Source of the DNA: a virus
Taxonomy: Duplodnaviria; Caudoviricetes
Reading direction: 5' to 3' (one strand)
Virus record (IMG/VR): IMGVR_UViG_3300045993_000169
Location: 1-55,093 of that record
DNA: 55,093 bases
Shown here: positions 9,270-17,426 of the stretch, in pieces
Position numbering within the stretch: the stretch's first letter is position 1
Layout: each line of letters starts with the position of its first letter
The notes under the pieces: model-generated
Databases searched by the model: none
The model's input: only the letters and a program-made list of their open reading frames with translations
Told to the model about the DNA's origin: nothing
Translations under genes and position numbers: made by a program

Positions 9270-9493
9270 TACTCCTCCTTAGGCTCTTCTATGCAGTAGA
9301 GTCCGTCTTCGGGATTCAGAGCGAAAGACTTCATTGTCATGGTTACTTTGACTCCAGTAGAAAAGCCTTCCGCAATATCTTCTGTGTTGAAGAGAAGATC
9401 GCTCGTCTTGTAGAAAACGATCTTTTGAGTCTTACCAGTGCCAAGCTGTTCGACAGTGATAACGATTTTCTGGTATGGAACTTGATCGTCCAT
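9269..9493 (-). CDS. hypothetical protein
   Basis: AAGGAGG RBS, coupled. Confidence 0.65.
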   Translation of the reverse strand: MDDQVPYQKIVITVEQLGTGKTQKIVFYKTSDLLFNTEDIAEGFSTGVKVTMTMKSFALNPEDGLYCIEEPKEE

Positions 9494-9729
9494 CAGTTAC
9501 TCCTCCTTGGCGGCGCCCACTTTGGGTCGTACATTGTTGCAGCAGCTTTTGATGGACACATGAATGATCCTGTGCAACGAAGTCCTGTGGTCTGACTCTT
9601 GTGCTTACGAATCATTCCGTCGCTATTCCGTACGGCGATGTTCTTCCCACACTCACAGCAATAGCCAAACATTGTGCTTGGCAAAGCAGTTCGATTCACC
9701 TTTGGCGTTGGTGATTTAGCAAGCCTCAT
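9493..9729 (-). CDS. small zinc-finger protein
   Basis: CxxC..H..CxGS pattern. Confidence 0.65.
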   Translation of the reverse strand: MRLAKSPTPKVNRTALPSTMFGYCCECGKNIAVRNSDGMIRKHKSQTTGLRCTGSFMCPSKAAATMYDPKWAPPRRSN

Positions 9730-9869
9730 TTAGTTTCCCTTTTTGAAAATTGTCCTACGCGGTAAAAATTGGATTAGCCATATGTGTGGGCTGCTGTTTC
9801 AAACCAGTAACCATTCAACCAACGGTTCCTACACAGCATAGGTGTATAGTTGGCACCTCATAGATATGG

Positions 9870-10103
9870 CTAGCTCTTCGGCGACAAGTCAGTAACACGC
9901 TTGTCAACGAAGTCGATCACGATCTGGATCTCAGAACAGGTTGTCTCAAATTTTGCATCTTCGGTCGTAACCGTGTCTGCGTGCCTCAGGTTCTCGATCC
10001 GAACTGCCTCTGCGTGCCGAGCTCTCTCGATGTTAAGCAAGCGATTCGCCTCGTTCTTAGTCTCTTGGAGTGATTCGATCATAGATATGGTTTCTTCATC
10101 CAT
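9870..10103 (-). CDS. hypothetical coiled-coil protein
   Basis: AGAGG RBS before MDEET; resembles 10338..10571. Confidence 0.6.
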   Translation of the reverse strand: MDEETISMIESLQETKNEANRLLNIERARHAEAVRIENLRHADTVTTEDAKFETTCSEIQIVIDFVDKRVTDLSPKS

Positions 10104-10107
10104 GTCG

Positions 10108-10341
10108 CTACCTCTGCAGTACCGAGGGCATGATGCGAACGCCGTTCGAAACCGGCACCACGTTGCACCCATAGGAGCGCGAGTGAATGCCGAGGATCAT
10201 GAGCTGGCCTCGAACCTTTCGGGCGTAGAACTTGCATCCGTTCTCATCTCCAGAGATGAATCCGACCTCGGTGAGATTTGGCGTGTCGAGAGCCAGTGCA
10301 CGAGTGACAATCGGATCATCCTGAGCAAGCTGATAGATCAT
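10108..10341 (-). CDS. hypothetical protein
   Basis: ATGA overlap with upstream gene. Confidence 0.6.
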   Translation of the reverse strand: MIYQLAQDDPIVTRALALDTPNLTEVGFISGDENGCKFYARKVRGQLMILGIHSRSYGCNVVPVSNGVRIMPSVLQR

Positions 10342-10571
10342 TTGGCGTCCTTTCCAAGGTGCTCGTTGATTCTGGCGATCAAACCGTTCAGTTCTGCAAC
10401 CCGTCGTTCGTTGTACTCGTTCTCAAGGCGAACAATAGCCTCGTACCGAGCGATCTCAACACTGATGACGCTCTCGTGACGAGTTTCCTCGGTACGCAGT
10501 TCGTCGAGGATTGCGTCCTTAGCCTGCTCGAAAGATATGACAGGCTTCTTGTTCAGGTCATCAAGATTCAT
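10338..10571 (-). CDS. hypothetical coiled-coil protein
   Basis: ORF with RBS. Confidence 0.6.
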   Translation of the reverse strand: MNLDDLNKKPVISFEQAKDAILDELRTEETRHESVISVEIARYEAIVRLENEYNERRVAELNGLIARINEHLGKDAK

Positions 10572-10579
10572 AGCTTCCC

Positions 10580-11050
10580 TTACTTCTTGACGCGGACGGT
10601 CTTGGTCGTACCCATCATGCTGAACTCGAAAGTCAGTTCGTCGTTCTTGAAGGTGAAAGGCTTGGTCTTCTCAGATGAACCCATCATTGATGCAGACAGA
10701 GCCTCGACATCAGCCTTGGAAATAACCACGGTGCCGTCCGTAGCCTTTGCAGATGGGCTCCATGAACCCTGCCAGAACAGGCTCTTGGTGTCCTTGTCAA
10801 CGAGCTGGACAGTGATGAGGTCACCCTTGATCTTGACTTCCATACCGGGCGTGATCGGATCTGTGACCCACGTGCCATTCCAAGAATATGGTGCAGGAGC
10901 GACGGCAACCACAGCAACCTCCGGAGCGTTTGTCGTTGGATTTGAGGCCGCTGAAGGGGCCTTCTCGGGGCTTGTAGAGGGTTCTGAGGAGCACCCAGAA
11001 AGAAGAGCGAACGAGCAGACAACAATGATCAAAACGAAGTACTTTTTCAT
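10580..11050 (-). CDS. lipoprotein
   Basis: MKK + hydrophobic core + LSGC lipobox, Pro/Ser/Thr linker. Confidence 0.8.
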   Translation of the reverse strand: MKKYFVLIIVVCSFALLSGCSSEPSTSPEKAPSAASNPTTNAPEVAVVAVAPAPYSWNGTWVTDPITPGMEVKIKGDLITVQLVDKDTKSLFWQGSWSPSAKATDGTVVISKADVEALSASMMGSSEKTKPFTFKNDELTFEFSMMGTTKTVRVKK

Positions 11051-11164
11051 GACAATTTCCCTTTGCTAGTATTGTTTGGATAGTGCGGGTGGTCTGACGG
11101 TGCACAGACAGTACCGGCTTCTAGTTCTTGGTGTTACGGTAGCACCCAAAGCATTTGAACGGAG

Positions 11165-11896
11165 TTACTTCAACGTGGGAAGAGCCTCAATGAGCTTGAA
11201 GATATAACGTTGCATCTCAGCGTTCGAGATCTCAAGTCGCTCGACTCTGGTCTCGTACTCGCCAATCGTCTCGTCACGCTCTTTGAGATCGTAAGCCAAG
11301 CCCTGGCTCTCATAAAGAGCCTCGTCCTTAATCTTATCCATCCTGTACAACTCATCCTTCAGAGACAGAATGGTGCCACGGCACTCCTCGAAGTTTCGAG
11401 CAATGGTTCCGTTCTGCTGATTGGATATGGCCAGATCGTCTCGGAGATGAGCAACGGTGGTTCTCGTCGTGCTAAGCTCTGATCGAGTCTCACGGAGTTC
11501 GGCCGAGACATCACCGACTTCGATGTTTAGCTCTTCGATGCGCTTGTTGCAGGAGAGGTGCACGTTCCGCTTGGCGTACTTCCTCTTGGGCGGCTGTCCG
11601 GCAGCCCTCTCAGCACGTTTCCTAGCCGTGGTCTCTGCACGCTTGGCTGCAGTTGCTGCTGGGTTCTTCGGGATTCCACTAGGCATGACAATTTCCTTTT
11701 CTGATATTTGGGTGACGCTCTTGTTTTCATTGGCCTTGAACTCTTGCGCAACACGTCTGCGATAGTCACGAAGTCGATCCTGCTCCGTGCTTCGGTCGAC
11801 TTGCATCTCAATCAAGTTAGTCAACGCACTAGCAGTTGACCTCTTGCGCAGAACAAAACTCTTTTTACGCTTCACACGACCACGACGACGGGTCAT
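11165..11896 (-). CDS. basic N-terminus + coiled-coil protein (internal start at 11686 likely)
   Basis: MPSGIPKNP at 11686 has its own RBS and parallels MPSGHPKDP at 29292. Confidence 0.6.
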   Translation of the reverse strand: MTRRRGRVKRKKSFVLRKRSTASALTNLIEMQVDRSTEQDRLRDYRRRVAQEFKANENKSVTQISEKEIVMPSGIPKNPAATAAKRAETTARKRAERAAGQPPKRKYAKRNVHLSCNKRIEELNIEVGDVSAELRETRSELSTTRTTVAHLRDDLAISNQQNGTIARNFEECRGTILSLKDELYRMDKIKDEALYESQGLAYDLKERDETIGEYETRVERLEISNAEMQRYIFKLIEALPTLK

Positions 11897-11931
11897 AGCG
11901 ATACCTTTCTATAATTGGGTGATGCATAATA

Positions 11932-12345
11932 CTATCGCAGGTGCTGGTTTTCCAACTGTCGATGCATCCTCATGATGACCTCTTCGCCAACACTGTCGGG
12001 TCGGTTGTTGTCTCGCCGAATGGCTTCCTCAAGACTGATCATGAAGATATGGAGTTGGACTTCTGCTCCCAGTTCAGTGCAGAACTTGATGAGACGATTG
12101 CGATTCGACTTGTTGACGTTGGTGTCAGCCACGATGATGTCGACCTGATCGTAAAGGAGAACCTCCTCGATCTTGTCGTAAGCACATACCGTAACCAACT
12201 GCTCGCTGTCTCCATGTTTGAGACCCAACTCAAGTCGGATGTCGTCTCGACAAACGATAACCGCTCCTGTTCGGGCAGCCTCTTCCCTCGCCCAAGTCGA
12301 CTTACCTGAGGCTGGGATTCCAACACAAAGTGTAACTGTTGACAT
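11932..12345 (-). CDS. P-loop kinase, polynucleotide-kinase-like
   Basis: GIPASGKS Walker A, RDDIR, DTN, RxxxR lid. Confidence 0.85.
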   Translation of the reverse strand: MSTVTLCVGIPASGKSTWAREEAARTGAVIVCRDDIRLELGLKHGDSEQLVTVCAYDKIEEVLLYDQVDIIVADTNVNKSNRNRLIKFCTELGAEVQLHIFMISLEEAIRRDNNRPDSVGEEVIMRMHRQLENQHLR

Positions 12346-12376
12346 TTAGTTCCCCTTAAAAATGTGAGTGTGATTG

Positions 12377-12455
12377 ATGCACCCGGGACCACACCCCCTA
12401 CGAATATGGTCCCGACGCTCTGCGCTTAAGCCGGTTTAGACTCCCGCAGAGGAGT
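12377..12455 (-). ncRNA. pistol self-cleaving ribozyme
   Basis: ACUCC UCUGCG GGAGU CUAAACCG GC UUAAG CGCAGA GCGU CGGGACCA..UGGUCCCG GGU GC: P1, 6-bp pseudoknot, AAA, AG, GCGU, P3, G^U site; P2 only 2 bp. Confidence 0.85.
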
Positions 12456-12457
12456 TG

Positions 12458-12889
12458 TTATAGATGATGTGCTTCAACAAAGAGGCGACTCCCAATCTTC
12501 TCAGAGAGATCAGTCTGCTCCAGCTTCTCATCCCGAATCTCCTTTGCAGCAGCGGCTCGATCAGCCGTATCCTGTGCGAACTCTTCATCCTGAGCCAGAT
12601 CAAAGCTGTTCTTGAATGCCGAATCGGTATAAACCTTGAACCCACTACCAGCAATCAGGATATGATCTGTGATGTATGCCTTGGTCTGCTTGTCACTGCG
12701 AGGCTCCTTCACATTGACCTTAATGAAAGGCACCTGAATCCGCTGCTTCCGGAAGCTCTCAACCTCGACAGTACCTCCACACCATTCAGCCACATCCTTG
12801 AGGTTCTCGGCAGTTACCTGAATCTCCTTGACGAAGAAAGGCTTGCGCTTGTAGATCAAAGGCTCGATCTTTTTCTTATGCGTGGTCAT
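12458..12889 (-). CDS. conserved hypothetical phage protein
   Basis: YKRKP..EIQ pattern; resembles 13614..13949. Confidence 0.7.
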   Translation of the reverse strand: MTTHKKKIEPLIYKRKPFFVKEIQVTAENLKDVAEWCGGTVEVESFRKQRIQVPFIKVNVKEPRSDKQTKAYITDHILIAGSGFKVYTDSAFKNSFDLAQDEEFAQDTADRAAAAKEIRDEKLEQTDLSEKIGSRLFVEAHHL

Positions 12890-12935
12890 AATTCTGTTCC
12901 TCTTTCCGACTTTGGTCTTGCTGATGTAATGAAAC

Positions 12936-13268
12936 TCAGAGCTGATTGAGCTTTTCCCTGATGACGTCTCGCTTCTTCCAGACGACGTAGACCGTCACTC
13001 CGACAGCAATGAGTGCCAGCGTCTTGAGCTTCGGATGAGACTTCTTCGCGATGGTGACAGCAACCGTGGTCTCAGGCTCTGCATAAAGCAAACGCAACAT
13101 GCTCTCGCCCATGTCCGATCCGCCCCAGTAATACAGAGCATCATCCATGTCGGAAGCCTTGTCCATATCACCGAGAGCGGACTTGTACCACTGCATCATC
13201 CTGTCGAGTTTGAGTGCATCGATACTCGGAGTGCCTTCGAACACATGTGGAATTGTTGTAGACATCAT
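12936..13268 (-). CDS. membrane-anchored hypothetical protein
   Basis: C-terminal hydrophobic helix; AAGGAG RBS. Confidence 0.65.
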   Translation of the reverse strand: MMSTTIPHVFEGTPSIDALKLDRMMQWYKSALGDMDKASDMDDALYYWGGSDMGESMLRLLYAEPETTVAVTIAKKSHPKLKTLALIAVGVTVYVVWKKRDVIREKLNQL

Positions 13269-13313
13269 ACTCCTTCTGAAATTGGTATTAGTACAGGGGG
13301 TGGGTGGTCGGGC

Positions 13314-13505
13314 TCAACTCTCGGCGCGTGTCACGTCGATTGAATCGTCCTGTCCAACTCGGTAAAGCAGGATCTTCTTTCCCTGAACGAGCTTACTGGT
13401 ATTGCAGTGTGACCCATCGTCACGGTGAATAATGACCTCAGTTGGGATGAGCTTGCTTCGAAGCATCATCACGCGACGGTTGTGGGTGTAGCACCTGATC
13501 TTCAA
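13314..13505 (-). CDS. hypothetical protein
   Basis: TTG start overlapping upstream TGA. Confidence 0.45.
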   Translation of the reverse strand: MKIRCYTHNRRVMMLRSKLIPTEVIIHRDDGSHCNTSKLVQGKKILLYRVGQDDSIDVTRAES

Positions 13506-13603
13506 TTGATCCTCCAGACAACGAAATTGAGTAACATGACAGTACCCATAGCAATAAAATACCCTGACCAAAAGGACAACCAGTGAATCTTCTTCAACTG
13601 CAT
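13502..13603 (-). CDS. small membrane protein
   Basis: MQLKKIHWLSFWSGYFIAMGTVMLLNFVVWRIN. Confidence 0.5.
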   Translation of the reverse strand: MQLKKIHWLSFWSGYFIAMGTVMLLNFVVWRIN

Positions 13604-13613
13604 TCCAGTACCC

Positions 13614-13949
13614 CTATGCTGGATCGTATGTTGCCTGAAAATCTGCTGCGGTTGAACTTGTGAACACACCATCTTCGAATATGATCCAGTCGCCATAACT
13701 GGCTCGAACATCGCCATCCTGTGTATGGATAACGAATGCGCCGTTTGCTGGATCGAGATAGACACCAGAGTCACCAGCCTTACCGCCACCGCCCTCTGGA
13801 ATAAGAGTGTCTGGTTCATTGGCATTGCCCAACAACCAGTAGAACTCACCCACATTCCTGACCCAGTCGATGACGTCCATAGTCTCTACGGCAGTCCCAA
13901 CTAACTGTCGAGCCTCAATCGTGTAGAGACCGTTACGATACATCGGCAC
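13614..13949 (-). CDS. conserved hypothetical phage protein
   Basis: GGAGG RBS, GTG start; IEARQ..GDWII pattern. Confidence 0.65.
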   Translation of the reverse strand: MPMYRNGLYTIEARQLVGTAVETMDVIDWVRNVGEFYWLLGNANEPDTLIPEGGGGKAGDSGVYLDPANGAFVIHTQDGDVRASYGDWIIFEDGVFTSSTAADFQATYDPA

Positions 13950-13950
13950 T

Positions 13951-14145
13951 TTATCCTCCCATTTTTCGAAGCAGGAGCCCAGCATTGTCCAAAGCATACG
14001 CTCGGGCACGATTATTGCTGAGCAAATAACAGTTGCAAGTCTTCGAATCCCTAGATGCCGAACATGTTGGAGCATGAGCAACCTTCGGTTCGATACTTGT
14101 TAGTACAGCGACGACAGCTTCTTGACGCTCAGATCTGCTCGGCAT
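13951..14145 (-). CDS. hypothetical protein, H/C metal-binding motif
   Basis: HAPTC..CNC; start uncertain. Confidence 0.55.
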   Translation of the reverse strand: MPSRSERQEAVVAVLTSIEPKVAHAPTCSASRDSKTCNCYLLSNNRARAYALDNAGLLLRKMGG

Positions 14146-14446
14146 TCTTATCAACTCTTGTCTTTCGATTGGTACGATCTCCACCTTGGCGAAGTGGCCA
14201 ACGTTCCATAGCGTCCATGAATGTCAACTCAGGGACGATCTGATTGCTGTAAGCACCGGTAGTTGCATCGGCACCAACTCGAAAGGCTGCACGATACACA
14301 AGCTCCCGAGGAAGACGACTCACAAACCACCCGAAAAGCTTCTCTCGCCTGTGTGTGACGTTGTAATACCAGAGCCAGTTCCATTTGACACTGAGTTTTG
14401 TACGCCATGGAAGATCCTTGAACGGAACATCCTCGTCCTCACTCAT
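14129..14446 (-). CDS. hypothetical protein
   Basis: GAGGAG RBS. Confidence 0.65.
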   Translation of the reverse strand: MSEDEDVPFKDLPWRTKLSVKWNWLWYYNVTHRREKLFGWFVSRLPRELVYRAAFRVGADATTGAYSNQIVPELTFMDAMERWPLRQGGDRTNRKTRVDKNAEQI

Positions 14447-14597
14447 CAGTACTCCTCAATGGAGGAGCCAACGGCGGGTTCAACGATCCGGGACACATCT
14501 GTGATCCGAGATAGCTGTGCTGAACCAGCATATGATCATCCCGAAGGTCTTTGATGTGATGACAATATGGACAACGACCTTGCTCCAACTCACTCAT
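14439..14597 (-). CDS. small zinc-finger protein (52 aa, not in ORF track)
   Basis: MSELEQGRCPYCHH..H..CPGS fills the gap between coupled genes. Confidence 0.65.
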   Translation of the reverse strand: MSELEQGRCPYCHHIKDLRDDHMLVQHSYLGSQMCPGSLNPPLAPPLRSTDE

Positions 14598-15078
14598 CAG
14601 TACGACCTCCACGAGAAGGAACGTCGTCCATGTCTGCGTACTTCAGCTCGAGAGCATCCTCTTCGATGGTCACGAAGATTGACTGGAGATATGCCTTGAT
14701 CCCAGTCTTTCCGTTGACAGCCCACTCGTAGGGACGAACGATCATGTCGACCATTTTGATGTCAGCCCAGTCGAGAAGCTCGATCTCATCCTCACCCAGA
14801 TGGTTTCGACCTCGAGATGTGATCATGACAATCCTCGGAGGACGACCCTTGAAGTTGACGGACACCTGCAGATATGCTTGCTCGATGTCGCCTTCCTCAC
14901 GAGCCTTGAGCCACTTGACATTCCATCCGTCCTTAGCCATCGCAGTAGCGACGTCCTCATCCAGAAGAACAGCGAAGTTCCGATCACCCTCTCGGTTGTA
15001 CTGGCCTTCCTTACCAGCGAAGTTGCGGAAGATGATGCGGACATCCTCCATGATGACGTTTTTGTCGTCGTAAGCCAT
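14590..15078 (-). CDS. single-stranded DNA-binding protein (phage type)
   Basis: IIFRNFAG..GIKAYL, acidic C-terminus, lies near the polymerase. Confidence 0.7.
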   Translation of the reverse strand: MAYDDKNVIMEDVRIIFRNFAGKEGQYNREGDRNFAVLLDEDVATAMAKDGWNVKWLKAREEGDIEQAYLQVSVNFKGRPPRIVMITSRGRNHLGEDEIELLDWADIKMVDMIVRPYEWAVNGKTGIKAYLQSIFVTIEEDALELKYADMDDVPSRGGRTDE

Positions 15079-15507
15079 TTAGTTCTCCTTGATTGTGACT
15101 TCGAGGGAGTCAAGATATGCCCTGACTCCAGTTTTACCAGTATCAGTGTGCCAATGACAGGGATAGACGACGAGATTGACGTTGTCGAATTCGACAGTAT
15201 CGAGCATTCCGATCTCCTCTTTGGTCATGAGGATATGACCATCGTCAGTGACCTTGACGATCGTGGATGGCATCGGTCCGTTGAAGTCAATAGCAACTCG
15301 AATGAAGGGCTTCTTCTCGCCATAGAGTTCTCTGGATGCAATCCATCGAATCGTCCAGCCTTGCTTAACTAATGAATCAGCCATCTCCTTGTCGAGGAGA
15401 ATCGAGAAGCTAGGCAAGATCTCAAACTCTCCTGCGAAATCTCTGAAGATAAGCTTTGCGTTTTTCAGGATGAGGTTTTCGATGATCGTGTCGTCGGTCG
15501 TGTCCAT
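15079..15507 (-). CDS. SSB paralog lacking the acidic tail
   Basis: LIFRDFAG..GKTGVRAYL aligns with the adjacent SSB. Confidence 0.65.
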   Translation of the reverse strand: MDTTDDTIIENLILKNAKLIFRDFAGEFEILPSFSILLDKEMADSLVKQGWTIRWIASRELYGEKKPFIRVAIDFNGPMPSTIVKVTDDGHILMTKEEIGMLDTVEFDNVNLVVYPCHWHTDTGKTGVRAYLDSLEVTIKEN

Positions 15508-15509
15508 AA

Positions 15510-15899
15510 TTAGTCCTCCGTATAAATTTCGACCGGGATTCCGGCCTTTTCTGCTTTCCGGATACAATCTGCTGTGCCAATAGAGCCTTCGTGCAGGAAC
15601 GCCAGACAAATATCCGCACCAGAGTCAACCATTCTCTGATTACGAATAGGTCCAGCAGCCTTATGTTGCTTCTTCCAGTTCGCTGTGTAAGGCTCAATGG
15701 TGAAACCAAATGCCTCTGCACATATCTCAGCGAAAGTGTCAGCACCTTTTGCTCTGCCAACAATTACCACAGTGTCCTTCGGTCGACCAGCCTCTTCCCA
15801 TGTCGAGAATATGGCATGTCTAACGATTGCCTTGTCTCGCCAGTCGCGGGCTCCAGTGATCAGGATTCGATAGGTCACTGGAGCCTTCTTCTTGGCCAT
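15510..15899 (-). CDS. SLOG-superfamily protein (DUF2493-like)
   Basis: ILITGARDW, GxAxGAD, AAGPIRNxxM, GT motifs. Confidence 0.8.
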   Translation of the reverse strand: MAKKKAPVTYRILITGARDWRDKAIVRHAIFSTWEEAGRPKDTVVIVGRAKGADTFAEICAEAFGFTIEPYTANWKKQHKAAGPIRNQRMVDSGADICLAFLHEGSIGTADCIRKAEKAGIPVEIYTED

Positions 15900-15901
15900 C
15901 G

Positions 15902-16132
15902 TTACAGCGAGCCGTCAGCCAGATTGGCGTACAACTCGTTCAGCGCATCGATATAACCATCCAACTCGGCGTCAATCCGTGCCTGATACGAGATGTTGGC
16001 CTTGATAGCGACGACAAACAGAACGACGATGACAGTAACGCCAGCGCCCATAATGAGTCCCTCTTCGTGTCGAAGGGCCCATGACTTGAATCGACTGTAC
16101 CTTGACTCCTCCATCACGATACCCTCCATCAC
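15902..16132 (-). CDS. single-TM membrane protein
   Basis: central hydrophobic helix. Confidence 0.6.
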   Translation of the reverse strand: MMEGIVMEESRYSRFKSWALRHEEGLIMGAGVTVIVVLFVVAIKANISYQARIDAELDGYIDALNELYANLADGSL

Positions 16133-16407
16133 ATCAACCTCTGAGAACGGACAACCTCGACGAGATTGTCATGAGTCCGCTGGGCCTCTTCAGACATGCG
16201 CATGAGCGTGGTCTTCAGAGTCTTCACGGTGTTCTTGATGTCGTTGAAAGCGATCCGCAACTCCGGGTCGAGTCGAGAACTGGACGTGAACTGCGTGAGG
16301 TAGTCGATAGCCATGCCAGCCTCGAGCTCGAGCTCACGAGTCGAACTCGGCTTCGGAGGAACGACGATCTGGGTTGGGGGAACAGCAGGTGCGTTCTGTT
16401 CAGTCAT
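16129..16407 (-). CDS. hypothetical protein
   Basis: AAGGAG RBS before MTEQN. Confidence 0.65.
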   Translation of the reverse strand: MTEQNAPAVPPTQIVVPPKPSSTRELELEAGMAIDYLTQFTSSSRLDPELRIAFNDIKNTVKTLKTTLMRMSEEAQRTHDNLVEVVRSQRLM

Positions 16408-16681
16408 TTGGAACTCCTTGATATTTGGCGGTGAGTTGGGCGATGCCGTGGTCAACTGCAGACTGCTTGTAGTCGAGATTGTGCTTCTCGGAGCCGAGAA
16501 CAACCTGCGAGTGTCGGATAGCACGAGAAAGCTCTGCCTGCTTGGCACCATTAATCATCATGGCCCCGATAAGATCCGAGATTGCTTTCATCTGATCATG
16601 ATATGCCTCAGTTGAGACAGGAGTCATACCCTCATACGCAGGATATGACAGCAGTGGATCGAAGCCGTTCAAACTTGTCAT
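16400..16681 (-). CDS. stand-alone paralog of an RNA polymerase subdomain
   Basis: GAGGAGG RBS; 51/86 ungapped identities to about aa 538-623 of the 910-aa protein. Confidence 0.8.
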   Translation of the reverse strand: MTSLNGFDPLLSYPAYEGMTPVSTEAYHDQMKAISDLIGAMMINGAKQAELSRAIRHSQVVLGSEKHNLDYKQSAVDHGIAQLTAKYQGVPND

Positions 16682-16691
16682 GCGAACCTCC

Positions 16692-16805
16692 TCAATTGTG
16701 TGGATCACAGTGGCAGTGACAGTGCTCACTACCGCAACGAATTTTTGGGTGAGTTGTTTCCCGACAAAGGCAAACGAGTGGCGTGAGAACTGGTTCATCA
16801 GCCAT
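16692..16805 (-). CDS. Cys/His-rich microprotein (37 aa, not in ORF track)
   Basis: MADEPVLTPLVCLCRETTHPKIRCGSEHCHCHCDPHN; GAGGAGG RBS. Confidence 0.6.
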   Translation of the reverse strand: MADEPVLTPLVCLCRETTHPKIRCGSEHCHCHCDPHN

Positions 16806-17268
16806 TGTCATCCTCCTCGGGGGAGTCGTCAATGAAGACACTGTAGGAGACAAGACCAACAGCCTTCGTCACCGTGTCAAGGATATGCTGAGCCAAGTCG
16901 GGCTTGATGTCGGAGAACGAGATGTTCATGTAGACGTTTTTGTCGGACACCAACGTGGTCGGGTTCCCACTTCCATCCGTATGGCAATGACACCCCTCGC
17001 TTCCACATTCGATTCCGACATGTTCGCTTGCGCAACCACACATTTTTGCTCCTTGGTCTTTTGTGATCTTGTTTGTCAGCTCAGTTAGCCCATACTCCGA
17101 ATATGGTTCCGTTTTGTCATACCACTCAATCGCCGCCGCACGCGTACGAAACCCAAGCTTGTGTGGGTCATTGATCGGAGGGTACTCATCAGCACTTGCG
17201 AAGTACTCCTGCATGATGAATTCCCCAGCCTCGTTCTTACGAAGAATCCACCCGTTGTCGGCACTCAT
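16798..17268 (-). CDS. hypothetical protein with CxC..H..CGSExCHCH motif
   Basis: AAGGAG RBS; motif shared with the downstream microprotein. Confidence 0.65.
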   Translation of the reverse strand: MSADNGWILRKNEAGEFIMQEYFASADEYPPINDPHKLGFRTRAAAIEWYDKTEPYSEYGLTELTNKITKDQGAKMCGCASEHVGIECGSEGCHCHTDGSGNPTTLVSDKNVYMNISFSDIKPDLAQHILDTVTKAVGLVSYSVFIDDSPEEDDNG

Positions 17269-17425
17269 AATCTTTCTCCTTTTCTTGTCGTAACATTTGA
17301 CTTAGATTACGTTCGTATTCGGCAATGGTCAAAGGGTCTGTGATCTCAACATCCAGCATGATAGTTCGCTGAAAGTCTTTAGAGAACACAAATCCTTTGA
17401 CCACTAACCGTTGTTTTTCAGGCAT
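17237..17425 (-). CDS. hypothetical protein
   Basis: ATG just after the polymerase stop. Confidence 0.5.
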   Translation of the reverse strand: MPEKQRLVVKGFVFSKDFQRTIMLDVEITDPLTIAEYERNLSQMLRQEKEKDYECRQRVDSS

Positions 17426-17426
17426 G

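Noticed and set aside
9840-9865. Lysine riboswitch (GAGGUGC start)
   Set aside because: The region is far too short and the other conserved elements are missing
16400-16681. DGR template/variable repeat pair with the RNAP gene
   Set aside because: Differences are not confined to adenines and no reverse transcriptase is seen
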